The notes under the pieces are model-generated. The model searched no databases and was not told the DNA's origin. It worked only from the letters and a program-made list of their open reading frames with translations. Both the position numbers and the translations under genes were made by a program. A DNA stretch of 64,000 bases from a virus: positions 1 through 64,000 of IMG/VR virus record IMGVR_UViG_3300045988_041382, one strand, 5' to 3'. Shown one piece after another: positions 33,588 through 43,244 of the stretch. Numbering within the stretch: position 1 is the stretch's first letter; each line of letters begins with the position of its first letter.

Positions 33588-34451
33588 TCAAAAACTGATA
33601 ATCAAGATATTGACATTTGCGCTGAATGTTGCCCCATTCTTTGCAACAATAGTCAATATCCCATCGTTTCGGCTATCAACGGCCAGTGCGGTATCTAAGA
33701 AATCGCTGGACACCGCACTGGCGCGAAACTGCACAAAGCATGGGTGATTAGCTTTGATGCTCGCATTCTGATACTCAGCTTTTCCATTTGTAAATGATAG
33801 GTTATGATTGTAAATGGCGACAATATGCGCAGAGGACAAAAGGCCGTACCCGTTGTACCTCACCACACCCTTGGGGATTTCGATCAGTCTGCTTGTATAG
33901 TCGGCAGAGTCGTCGTTGTAATGGAAGTCGATATATCCGCCGTTGCCGGCGGCCGCACCGGGAAACAGTTCAATGGTCGCGGGCGAAATATTTTTCCCAC
34001 GAATTATATCGTCATTAACTTCACTTGCCGTTCGCTTGTAAATCCAACCATCACTATCAATGGTAGCAAAATCCCCAGCTTTATCAGAAACTTCAGTAGT
34101 TCGCAGCCAAGTACCAGTAATATACTTACCCGTAAGACTACCTGTTAATGTACCACCAGAAGTTGGGAGGGCACCAACATCATTAGCAGACAGAGTAATA
34201 TTAGAACTAAGCGCCTTCCCATTCACAGTACGAGCGGTTGGTACGGCTCCTACATCTGACGCTCCCAGCTCCACCGCTCCGGTTTTCTCGTTTACGCTCG
34301 TCACCGGCGGCACATACGTCCCCGTGATCTGCTCCCCCGCCGCATTATGGGCCGTTGTCCCCGGCACCATCGCCTCCGGCGTCACATTATCGTTTCGCAG
34401 ATCCACTATCGTTTCTCCATTTACCACCACGTGATTAACTTTTTTTGCCAT
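33588..34451 (-). CDS. tail fibre protein
   Basis: Repeats typical of fibre shafts: GAVELGASDVGAVPTARTVNGKALSSNITLSANDVGALPTSGGTLTG. Confidence 0.7.
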   Translation of the reverse strand: MAKKVNHVVVNGETIVDLRNDNVTPEAMVPGTTAHNAAGEQITGTYVPPVTSVNEKTGAVELGASDVGAVPTARTVNGKALSSNITLSANDVGALPTSGGTLTGSLTGKYITGTWLRTTEVSDKAGDFATIDSDGWIYKRTASEVNDDIIRGKNISPATIELFPGAAAGNGGYIDFHYNDDSADYTSRLIEIPKGVVRYNGYGLLSSAHIVAIYNHNLSFTNGKAEYQNASIKANHPCFVQFRASAVSSDFLDTALAVDSRNDGILTIVAKNGATFSANVNILIISF

Positions 34452-36647
34452 TTACTGCGCTGCCTCCTTCCCGATATACACCGAAATACCGCCTTTACTG
34501 TTTTCAATCTCTGTATATGCCATGCCGTTGATACGCACCTGCCGCATCCCAATAAACCCGCTATCTGGGAATACGTTTTGTGTATTAAAAGATGAGTCCG
34601 CCGTTTTCAGTATCTGCAATGTACCGTTCTGTATCATGCCGCCGTTTGCCGGCTCACTGTAAAAATCGTCATCCTCCGTGATAACGATTCTCTTCCCTTC
34701 CGTCGATCCGATCTCCACCCATGGTATTGAAGCCGTCTGCGCTTGTTGCTGCGATGCGTCTAACGTGCTGATAGACACCTCTCCGGCGATCCTGATTTGT
34801 ATCAGGTCGCCCTTTCTGTTCTTCAAAAACAGTGTGTTCCCCGTGGTGGAAAGGGCGTAGAGCTCCATCCGCAGGTCGTCCTTTTCCATGTACGCCGCGC
34901 CGCCGCCCACATACCCTATGTAGCCTGACAGCGTTCCGCTGCGGTAATTCACCGTGCTCAGCTGCACCGTGGGGTATGACGTAAAATTATCCAAAATGCC
35001 AGGACTGTTGTTGTTCGGTATCGCCCCGCTGTTCACATTCAGGGAAAACCGGTACAACTTCTCCACGTGATACGTCCCATCTGATGTTTCTGTGCAGGAT
35101 AATATGGACCAGTCCCATAGGCACACCATGATCTGGTTGGTGGTCATAGGTGTAAGGGCAAACGTCCCATTACCCACGCCAAATATGTAATATGTATACG
35201 TGCCCTGCGACACAGCGCTGCAATCCCAGATGCTCAGCTGGTCCGCCGCCGCCCGACCTATCTTCCTAAACTCTCCCGTGTCCGTGGTCTCCCGGTATAT
35301 CTCCCACCCTGTAATACCTGCCGCCAACTGGACGCTGCCGCCGCTCAGCCCATTGATAAAATCCGCCAGCATATATGTGCTGCTGTCGAAATTCGGGGTC
35401 TCCCCCTCCTGGATAGCGCCTTTCTTGATCCACAGTGCGCTGCACGTCTGTGCGCCCGTCAGCTGCACCGTCTCCACCACTTCCACATTCTTGTACTGTG
35501 CCGGGTTCGGCTGTCCAGTTCTCCAACTCGTTCCGGCTGCCTGATCCTTCCCTTGGTCATCCTTGTAGTACACGGTGATGATCGTACTCTCCACGTCGTG
35601 ACCGATCATATTGGCGGTATATACCACCGTCGCGCCCTCTCTGCGTGCGTACTGTTTGAGATTTTCCGGGAACGCCAAACTGTAGGAGGTGCTGGCTCCC
35701 AACCCATTCTCACCGCTGACGATAAACGGGGTCCAGTTGTTTCCTACGATGCTGCCGCGCCACTGTATGCCCCAGTCACCCTTGAATCCCAGTCCGTTAG
35801 AGGCTCCTCCTATGCCGTCCCATATTACCTTGGAATCCCGGGGCAGGGTGAGAACGCCGTTTTCTATGGTATACGTTCCCTCCGCTTTCCCCTGTATCTC
35901 CACCGCCGCCGGCCACTGAATGAAAACGCCGCTCTTCTCCTTCCCCACCACCGCCGTGGCTGTACCGCTGTACTTCTGCGTCTCATACGACACAGAGAAG
36001 GACTTCCACCCCGTGTCGGCAATCTTCCCGTCAGTGCTCTCCACCTGGCAGCGAATGTCATATTCCACGCCGTTGAAAAGCTCATCGTAAGTCAGCTTCA
36101 TCTGCGCTGTAAACAGCGCTCCCGTGTCCAGCAGCATCTCATCCGCTCCGGCGCGCCGCAGCATCCAGCGCACCCACACGGGAGATGCGTATTGATAGGT
36201 AGCCGTCCATGTGGCGCTCTTGCTTGTCACCGGATCGGCAAATGCGTCTATGGTCAACTCCGCCGTCTCTCTGCACCGGAACACCGACGCGCTTTGCTGC
36301 GTCACGCTCTCCGTGTCGGACCACCATTGTGTGATGACCAGCTTGTAGTCCTTTCCGTTGTGCATTCCTGCGCTTTGCAGCGCCGCAGCACCGATGCTGT
36401 ACGCAAACCGCACCACGTTTCCGTTGGCATTCCTCCCGTAAAATGGGCAGTTGTCTGTTCTCTTACCCGTGTCGTAGACCTTGGTGCTCAGTGAGTCGTT
36501 CTCGTATATCCGTATCTGAAACGCCTGCATGGCGCTGTTGCCGTTCACCTGCCACGAGATGTTCAGCCCGTTATTCAGATCCACCGTCCCGTCGCCCCAC
36601 GCCCCCATTGTAGAAGGACTTACGTTCGTCGGCATATAAAGCGCCAT
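34452..36647 (-). CDS. large tail/baseplate structural protein (receptor-binding candidate)
   Basis: 731 aa. ATG at 36647 after AAAAAGGAGAG. Position between the distal tail genes and the fibre. Confidence 0.6.
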   Translation of the reverse strand: MALYMPTNVSPSTMGAWGDGTVDLNNGLNISWQVNGNSAMQAFQIRIYENDSLSTKVYDTGKRTDNCPFYGRNANGNVVRFAYSIGAAALQSAGMHNGKDYKLVITQWWSDTESVTQQSASVFRCRETAELTIDAFADPVTSKSATWTATYQYASPVWVRWMLRRAGADEMLLDTGALFTAQMKLTYDELFNGVEYDIRCQVESTDGKIADTGWKSFSVSYETQKYSGTATAVVGKEKSGVFIQWPAAVEIQGKAEGTYTIENGVLTLPRDSKVIWDGIGGASNGLGFKGDWGIQWRGSIVGNNWTPFIVSGENGLGASTSYSLAFPENLKQYARREGATVVYTANMIGHDVESTIITVYYKDDQGKDQAAGTSWRTGQPNPAQYKNVEVVETVQLTGAQTCSALWIKKGAIQEGETPNFDSSTYMLADFINGLSGGSVQLAAGITGWEIYRETTDTGEFRKIGRAAADQLSIWDCSAVSQGTYTYYIFGVGNGTFALTPMTTNQIMVCLWDWSILSCTETSDGTYHVEKLYRFSLNVNSGAIPNNNSPGILDNFTSYPTVQLSTVNYRSGTLSGYIGYVGGGAAYMEKDDLRMELYALSTTGNTLFLKNRKGDLIQIRIAGEVSISTLDASQQQAQTASIPWVEIGSTEGKRIVITEDDDFYSEPANGGMIQNGTLQILKTADSSFNTQNVFPDSGFIGMRQVRINGMAYTEIENSKGGISVYIGKEAAQ

Positions 36648-36663
36648 AGTTTTCTCTCCTTTT

Positions 36664-38103
36664 TTACACAAACGAGTGCGTATAGTGTGCGCATCTGCTT
36701 ATCATCATTACGGATGACCCGGCTACACCGGCGTTGGTGTCATACCCCACCGTTGTATTTCCCAGCGGCGTGAGGAATGTATGCTCTGTCGCGCCAGACG
36801 CCAGCTGGTACTCCTGCGTGCCGCAGCTCAATCGGCTGCCCGCCGGCGCGATCAGCGTCACCGCCGCCGTATACCCGGCGCTGTTGGGCAGGTCGTTCAC
36901 CGACACCGCCGAAATGGTCATCGCGCCGTTGGATGCCAGCGGTCTGGAGAAGCCCATGACCAAATGCCGTTCTATGGGTTTTCCCGGCTTGTCCGTCCGC
37001 ACAATCGTCACCAGTTCGTTCTCCTGTATGTGAAATATCTGGCTGCACGTCACCGCCACGTTTTTCTTCAGCGCCGCGCTCCGCTTCACATTCCACACCG
37101 CCAGATCGCCGCACTGTGTAACTGTGGCAAACCCCGACTTCAACTCGAACTTTGTCTTGATGCCGATCAGGTTCACATTCACATCGCTCACCGGGTCTAT
37201 CACGCTGCTGCGTCCCACCGGCTGCGTTCCGTTCTCCAGCGTGTCACCCACCACGATGTAGTCGTTGTAAACCTCCGCCGGCTTGTCCGTATACGACAGG
37301 CTGCACAGCTCCGCCTGCCCCATGGAGAACTCATAGCACACCGGCTTGCTTTCGTCTGAAATGTCATCCTGGCTGGCATCTATCCGCAGCCGTCCCGCCG
37401 CGTCGTAGCCTACCCAAGCGTTCAACATCTCCGTGAAGCCCAATATCACGGCGGCATACGTGCCGCTTTCCGGGTTCACTGTCAGCGTGTACGGCGCGTC
37501 CACCAGGTTGGCCATCGTTCCGTCCGCCAGTTCCTGGGTTTTTCCGTTGTAATACTCTGTGTATACCGGCGCTACCGGATCAACCAGCCGCCCGTTGCCC
37601 TTCTCCGTCCGTAGCAGCGCATTGATCTGCTGGAAGATGTTTGCGCCCAACAATCCCTGGTATGTACCGTCCAGATAGCCCCACAGCGTCCCGTCCAGAT
37701 TGGCCCATTTGTCCACCAGCTTATAGGTGATGGTCCGCTTGGCCGGTTCTACGCTCTCCGTAGGCTCCTGCAGCAGGAAAACGCCCTGCTGCAGGTAATA
37801 CGGTTCTCCGCTCGGCAGCACCAGTCCCTCGTCCAGCGCGATCTCCTGCCCAAACCACAAGCTGTTGACCTGATAGGCAAACACCTGGTCCACGCCGTCC
37901 AGCGTCACGGAGACCGTCCGCCGCACCCCGTTTTGGAGGTTCACAGACAAACTGCCCTCCGCGATAAAGGCTTTGCTGTGCGGATTTTTGGAATCATTAT
38001 CCACCGAAAAGGCCGTGCTGCCGTCCCAGTTCAGAAACCGCAGCCGGCACACCTTCTGAAACGGGCGCTTCAGCGCCTCCAGATATGCACTGAACTCCGC
38101 CAT
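36664..38103 (-). CDS. tail structural protein (distal-tail position)
   Basis: 479-aa ORF in the block following the tape measure. Confidence 0.55.
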   Translation of the reverse strand: MAEFSAYLEALKRPFQKVCRLRFLNWDGSTAFSVDNDSKNPHSKAFIAEGSLSVNLQNGVRRTVSVTLDGVDQVFAYQVNSLWFGQEIALDEGLVLPSGEPYYLQQGVFLLQEPTESVEPAKRTITYKLVDKWANLDGTLWGYLDGTYQGLLGANIFQQINALLRTEKGNGRLVDPVAPVYTEYYNGKTQELADGTMANLVDAPYTLTVNPESGTYAAVILGFTEMLNAWVGYDAAGRLRIDASQDDISDESKPVCYEFSMGQAELCSLSYTDKPAEVYNDYIVVGDTLENGTQPVGRSSVIDPVSDVNVNLIGIKTKFELKSGFATVTQCGDLAVWNVKRSAALKKNVAVTCSQIFHIQENELVTIVRTDKPGKPIERHLVMGFSRPLASNGAMTISAVSVNDLPNSAGYTAAVTLIAPAGSRLSCGTQEYQLASGATEHTFLTPLGNTTVGYDTNAGVAGSSVMMISRCAHYTHSFV

Positions 38104-38122
38104 GCGCCGTCCCTCCGTTTCG

Positions 38123-38314
38123 TCACCGCTTTCTCTTCTCCTGCGCCGCGATCAGTTTCTCGCAGTCCTCCTCCGAAACACTCCGCAGCTCCCGGATCTC
38201 CGGGTTGTTCTTCCGATACTGAGCCTCCCGCGTAACATAGTACCGTCCCGTCATCCCCGTCACCGGGATCTGCTTTCCGCTTTTCATCACCAGCACATAT
38301 CGCTTCTTTGCCAT
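38123..38314 (-). CDS. hypothetical basic 63-aa protein
   Basis: MAKKRYVLVMKSGKQIPVTG... Preceded by the conserved motif at 38347-38358. Confidence 0.5.
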   Translation of the reverse strand: MAKKRYVLVMKSGKQIPVTGMTGRYYVTREAQYRKNNPEIRELRSVSEEDCEKLIAAQEKRKR

Positions 38315-38346
38315 AGTCTTTTTCCTCCATCACATCATGATGCACC

Positions 38347-38358
38347 CCGTGTCAAGGG
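38347..38358 (-). promoter_or_regulatory. conserved CCCTTGACACGG motif inside the tail module
   Basis: Exact 12-mer on the minus strand, preceded by AAAATTTTTTAGAGAAATT. Confidence 0.45.
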
Positions 38359-38375
38359 AATTTCTCTAAAAAATT

Positions 38376-38675
38376 TTACAGGTTGCTCCCGTCCGGGAAC
38401 ATAAATACTTTGTGGTTGTTCAGGTTCACCCCGTCGCCAAACACCAGCACCACCACGCTGTCGCCCACCTTCGCGTTGGCCATGGACGCCACGTAGCCCA
38501 CCTGCGACGCCGCCGCGTCAAAGGGCCGTTTCACAGCCAGTTTTCCGCCGCTGGCTGCCGCCGTCACCGTCGCCGTGTAATACCGCAGCATGGGCCGCTG
38601 GCTTTCCTGTACCCTCTTAGCAAAAAATCTGCTCCACAGCGTGGCGGCAAATTCCGCCAGTGTTTTGTTCACCAT
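38376..38675 (-). CDS. hypothetical tail-module protein
   Basis: 99-aa ORF directly after the tape measure. Confidence 0.55.
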   Translation of the reverse strand: MVNKTLAEFAATLWSRFFAKRVQESQRPMLRYYTATVTAAASGGKLAVKRPFDAAASQVGYVASMANAKVGDSVVVLVFGDGVNLNNHKVFMFPDGSNL

Positions 38676-38690
38676 GCGCCAAAGCCTCCT

Positions 38691-41600
38691 TTACCATCCG
38701 TTGAATACCTGCCCCTGAAACGCCGCCATGTTCAGCTGCCGCACGATCTGCTCCATAGGCAGTTTTGCCATGTCCGTGCTGATAGGCACGCCGTTTACAC
38801 AGTACGAAATGTCGTGGCTGTCCGTGGAGTTGTTGGTCACGCCCGCCAGGCTCTTTCCGTAGGGCGTCCTGTCGTTCAGTGCCAGCCGCATCGCGGCGAT
38901 GACCTCCGTCGCCCTGCTGTCAGAAGATGGCATAAGCAGCTTTCGGGTCACATCCGGCGGCAGCACCATTTCGTCATCCACCGTGGCCTTGATGCCGCCC
39001 AGTCCATGCAGCACACCGCCGCTGTCGTATCTGGAGACCTTGTTTGTGTTCTTTCCGCCGCCCAGCGTGCCCCTGCCGCCAGACGGTTTCTTTGTGCCGG
39101 AGCCGGACGTACTCCCACCGCTGCCTGTGTCCTTTTTTGTCACGCCGTCCAGTTTCCCTACGGTGGTTTTGTTGTAGTCTTTCGAAGGCTCCGCCGTTTT
39201 GTTGAAATTGTCTTTGACCGTTTCGGACGAGCTCTTCGCGGCTTTTTTCGCTTGCCGCATGGCCTCGTATGAGCCCACACCGCGGCTCATCCACATATCG
39301 TATACGGCTCTCTGTTCCGGTGTCAGTAGTGCAAGGTCTCTGTCGAGGTTCGCCAAGGCATCGTTTTCCTTTTTGCGGTTGGCCTCGATGATCTTATTAA
39401 CGTCATCCGCATTTCCGCCATTGTCTACGTTGCCGCTGCCGCTACCTGTGTTACTTCCTCCAGTATTGCCGCTGTTCTGGATCTCCTGTTTCTTGTCCTC
39501 GTAGTCCTGGGCCGCGTCCAGCAGCTTCTGGTACACCTTCAGCATCTCCTGATAATAGGTCTCCCAGTCGCCCCTGCTGGCCGCCAGCAGCGCCTTCTCC
39601 GTCTCCACGTCGCCGTTCAGCTCGTCTATCAGTTTCTGCCACGTGTCTATCTTGAGCTGATACGCAGCCTCAATGGCCTTTTTACGGGCTTCCAGCTCCT
39701 CAATAGCCAGTTCCCGCTCCGTGTCGCGCTCATAGTCCCGCAGGTCCTTCTTGGCGTCCTCCAGTGCCTCCTCGGCGTCCTTGACCTTCTGTGCGTCCGC
39801 CACCCATTCCCATTGTCCCGTGGCGGCGTTATACTGCCGCACCGTCCGTTCGTTCCGGGCGTTCAAAAGCTCATCCTGCTTTTTCAGGATGTTCAGCTTC
39901 AGCTCTTCCAGCTTTTCGCTTCGCTCCGTCTCCTCGTTCTGCTTCTTCAGAGCGTCTATCTGCTCATCAATGGCATCCGTCTCCGCGTCCCGCTGCCTCT
40001 TGATGGCGTCGATGGTGGCCTGTGCCGCCTTTTTCTTGGCGTTATCCAGTTCGTTCTGCTTAGACTTCGCCGCGCTGCCGGAGCTTCCGCCGCCGGACGG
40101 CACGTAAGAGCTTCCTCCGGAGGGGGTATACGATGTGCCGCCCCAACCGCCCGACGGTGCGGTGGAGGTCATGTTGCCAAACTGGTACAGCATCGACGAC
40201 TGTGTCCTGCGAAGCGCTTCCGCGTAGGCCGCCTCATAGCTGCTGTATTTGCCGCTCTGCATCAACCCCGCCGCCGTCCTTTTCAGGTTGGTTTCGTTGA
40301 TACCTGCCAGCGCGAAGGTGTTCGCCAGCGCGTTCCCGGCGTAGCCGGCCTGCGTTGCCAGCTGTTGCAAAGCCATGATCTGCTGGCTGAAATTGAGCTT
40401 CGTGTTGCTGGCGGTGATCTGCGCCGCCACCAGATCATAAAGCTCCTTCTCCGTCTTTCCGCTCTGCTGCGCCTCCTCGACGAGCCCGCTAACATATTTC
40501 GCTGTTGCATCGCTGGCAACGCCCAATATCTGCTGCACCCGGTCGTAGGCAGCCACCAGCTCCCGCTGCTCATCGGTAACTTCATAACCCGCCAGTATCG
40601 CCGCGCGGATGGTTTCTACGCTTTCTTCGCGGGCCGCGTTCAGCTGCTCCAGCGCGTCATAATACGCACCTGCGGACATTTCGCCGATCTGATACTGCGC
40701 CGCGATTTCCGCCAATTCTTCCCGGTAGTCCCGCAGCGCCACGATGTCCATGCGCTCCGTTTTTACCGCACCAACGCCCAGACCACCGCCAACGCCCTCG
40801 GCACCGCCGACTACCGCGCTTGCGCCGCTGCCGTGAGCAGCGTTCCACGCCTCCCACGCCGTTTTTTTCGCCGCATCCAACTGCTTTTCCTGCTCTTGGC
40901 GCAGCTCCTTCAGGACTTCCAGCCGCTTCTTTTCCTCGGCGGTCAGTTCTCCGGTCTTGTTGATCAGCTCGTCATATTCACTTTTCGTCTCATCCAGCGC
41001 ACCTTGCGCCGTCTCCACATCCTCCAGCGCCTTTTCATAAGCCCGCGCCTTTTCCGTACTCAGGCTGATTGCCGCCGCCAGCGCTGCAAAAATCGCCGTT
41101 CCGATGCCGATTTGCGGCAGAATAGCCACCAGCGATTTCAGTTGTCCGATGAGTTGGGTGGTGGCCATCGCGTTTCCTTCGATGGCGGAGGACAGCGTGC
41201 CAAAGAACGTCCCCACAGCCGTTTTGGTCATAAGGGAGGTAAAGCCCTTGTTCAAAAGCGACAGTGTGCCCACCAGCAAGCCCATCTGCACAACGAGCCG
41301 CCCGGTATCGCTGTCCAAAAACTCCACCAGCCCGATCACGCCGTCCAGCGCACCCTTGATAGTATCCGTCTCCACCAGATTGCTGACGAACTGCGTCCAC
41401 TTGTTGTGCAGTATCTCTGTCTTGCGGGTCCAGCTATCCAGCGCGTTTTCTACTTCCTTGTCCGCGCTGCCCGCCGCGTCAGCAAAATCTCCCAGCATAG
41501 ACTGGTACATATCCCAGTTCTGGATCAGTGCCAGCAGCTGGGAGGTACGCAGCTTGCCGCCGATGTCGCTGACCATCTCCATAAGCTGCTGCTCCGTCAG

Positions 41601-42590
41601 CAGTCCGTCCTTCATGCTCTTGGACAGTCCGGCAATGGCCTTCATGGGGTTTATTACGCTGCCTGTGGCCTGCGCCGCATCATAGGCGTCCTTGGCATAG
41701 ACCTTGATGACATCCCGCAGTCCGGCGATCTCCCCGGTGGTCCACGTCACGCCCTCATCGATCTCCGTCTTGGTATCGCCGATGATATTCAGGAAAAGCG
41801 CCCGCAGCGCGGTGGCGGCCTCTGTGCCGCTTCTCTGCGTCACGGCGGTGATGGTGCCGATAGCCGCCGTCAGCTCATCCACGCCCACATGGGCCTGCGC
41901 CGCAATGGGCGCCACCTTGCCCAAGCCCTCGGCGACCTTCTGGATGGAAGTCGCGTATTTGTTGTCGATCTCGTTGGCTCCGTCCAGCACCTTCGTCAGC
42001 TGCTCGATGTTGCCCTGATACTTGTACGCCGCGTCCACAGACAGCAGGAACTGTTGCGCCGTTTCGGCGTTGGTGTCACCCACGATCTGCGTCTTGGCGG
42101 CCAGCTCCGCCAGCGCGGACGCCTGCTCGCCGTATCCTGCGCGGCTGAAGCCCGACACGAATTGCAGGTATTCGTCCGCCGCCACGCCATAGGCGCTGGC
42201 GGTGTCGTATGCCTGTTTCTCGATCTTATTCAGCTCCGCCGTGGTCGCCCCGGTAACTTTGCGGATCGTCACCATCTCGTCGTCCACGGATTTCATGGTG
42301 TCCAGCGCCTCGACAAAACTACGCTTTACACCGGCGATGGCGTTGCCCAGCATTTGCCATGTCGCCATTTGCAGGACTATCCGACTGAAACTCTTGCCCA
42401 TCAAATCGGCAAATCCGGAGGTTTCCTTCGCGGCTTTCCCTGCATTTTTTATCTCTTTTGTGGTCTCCTTGATGTTTACATTGGCCTGCTGCGTATCAAC
42501 GCCCAAAGTCACCGGGCTGCTTTGCAGCTTCGCTATCTCTCCCTTGAGCTGCGAAAAATCAGGTACAGCCGTTACTTTGAAAATCGCCAT
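38691..42590 (-). CDS. tail tape measure protein
   Basis: 1299 aa. A TP901-type core (KVAEGLGKVAPIAAQAHVGVDELTAAIGTITAVTQRSGTEAATALRALFLNI), hydrophobic central segments and a long coiled coil. Confidence 0.9.
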   Translation of the reverse strand: MAIFKVTAVPDFSQLKGEIAKLQSSPVTLGVDTQQANVNIKETTKEIKNAGKAAKETSGFADLMGKSFSRIVLQMATWQMLGNAIAGVKRSFVEALDTMKSVDDEMVTIRKVTGATTAELNKIEKQAYDTASAYGVAADEYLQFVSGFSRAGYGEQASALAELAAKTQIVGDTNAETAQQFLLSVDAAYKYQGNIEQLTKVLDGANEIDNKYATSIQKVAEGLGKVAPIAAQAHVGVDELTAAIGTITAVTQRSGTEAATALRALFLNIIGDTKTEIDEGVTWTTGEIAGLRDVIKVYAKDAYDAAQATGSVINPMKAIAGLSKSMKDGLLTEQQLMEMVSDIGGKLRTSQLLALIQNWDMYQSMLGDFADAAGSADKEVENALDSWTRKTEILHNKWTQFVSNLVETDTIKGALDGVIGLVEFLDSDTGRLVVQMGLLVGTLSLLNKGFTSLMTKTAVGTFFGTLSSAIEGNAMATTQLIGQLKSLVAILPQIGIGTAIFAALAAAISLSTEKARAYEKALEDVETAQGALDETKSEYDELINKTGELTAEEKKRLEVLKELRQEQEKQLDAAKKTAWEAWNAAHGSGASAVVGGAEGVGGGLGVGAVKTERMDIVALRDYREELAEIAAQYQIGEMSAGAYYDALEQLNAAREESVETIRAAILAGYEVTDEQRELVAAYDRVQQILGVASDATAKYVSGLVEEAQQSGKTEKELYDLVAAQITASNTKLNFSQQIMALQQLATQAGYAGNALANTFALAGINETNLKRTAAGLMQSGKYSSYEAAYAEALRRTQSSMLYQFGNMTSTAPSGGWGGTSYTPSGGSSYVPSGGGSSGSAAKSKQNELDNAKKKAAQATIDAIKRQRDAETDAIDEQIDALKKQNEETERSEKLEELKLNILKKQDELLNARNERTVRQYNAATGQWEWVADAQKVKDAEEALEDAKKDLRDYERDTERELAIEELEARKKAIEAAYQLKIDTWQKLIDELNGDVETEKALLAASRGDWETYYQEMLKVYQKLLDAAQDYEDKKQEIQNSGNTGGSNTGSGSGNVDNGGNADDVNKIIEANRKKENDALANLDRDLALLTPEQRAVYDMWMSRGVGSYEAMRQAKKAAKSSSETVKDNFNKTAEPSKDYNKTTVGKLDGVTKKDTGSGGSTSGSGTKKPSGGRGTLGGGKNTNKVSRYDSGGVLHGLGGIKATVDDEMVLPPDVTRKLLMPSSDSRATEVIAAMRLALNDRTPYGKSLAGVTNNSTDSHDISYCVNGVPISTDMAKLPMEQIVRQLNMAAFQGQVFNGW

Positions 42591-42593
42591 ACG

Positions 42594-43136
42594 CTACCTC
42601 CAATCGTCCTCTTCCCGTATCACGCCCATGTCCGCCGCCATCCCCAGCGTGGAGTCCGCGCCGTTCATGGCCCGCACCAGTGTTTCTTCCGCCCTGCCGT
42701 CCAGCATCTCCTCCACGAAGTTGCGGAAAAATGGTCTGTTCTTTGGCCGTCTGTCCCAGTTGTACGCGGGGTCGTTTTTCTCGATCCGGTTCACCAGGTC
42801 GTCCCCGTCCACATGGGGGTCTATGGGTTCTCCGTTGCCGTCCGTTGCACCGCTGGGCTGGTATAAAAGCGTCAGATTCATGCCGCCGTCCCGTTCGTCC
42901 GAATACACCGTGGCGCTGGCGTTCATGTCCGCCAATCCCTTCGTTCCGCGCCGGCGCACATACTCCTCCGGCACCAGCTTGTCGTATACGTCCTCTACCA
43001 CGTGCTCCCGCAAGCACTGCCGCATTTCCTCCGCCAGTGCGGGGCGGGACGCGCGAAAAGCATCCTTCACCTGCTTTTCCAGCGCGGCCATGTCCTGCTC
43101 AAACCCGCTGAACTGTCCCACCAGCCTTGACGCCAT
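42594..43136 (-). CDS. hypothetical tail-assembly-position protein
   Basis: 180-aa ORF immediately upstream of the tape measure. Confidence 0.55.
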   Translation of the reverse strand: MASRLVGQFSGFEQDMAALEKQVKDAFRASRPALAEEMRQCLREHVVEDVYDKLVPEEYVRRRGTKGLADMNASATVYSDERDGGMNLTLLYQPSGATDGNGEPIDPHVDGDDLVNRIEKNDPAYNWDRRPKNRPFFRNFVEEMLDGRAEETLVRAMNGADSTLGMAADMGVIREEDDWR

Positions 43137-43244
43137 GCTCCCTCCGCCTCCTTCACATTCTCACACGCCAAAGCGCCGCATTTCCGCCGCACTCTCGCGT
43201 CTGTCCCCCTCCCCCGCCGCCGGGACGGAGGAGGGGGTAATTTG

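Noticed and set aside
39813-42866. 1017-aa plus-strand ORF (with many similar long ORFs antisense to late genes, e.g. 31493-32797, 43242-44537, 51250-52653, 57901-59313)
   Set aside because: It is antisense to clearly recognisable genes (tape measure, endolysin, capsid and terminase candidates). It has an extreme Arg/Leu/His/Pro composition and no RBS, which is typical of high-GC shadow frames.
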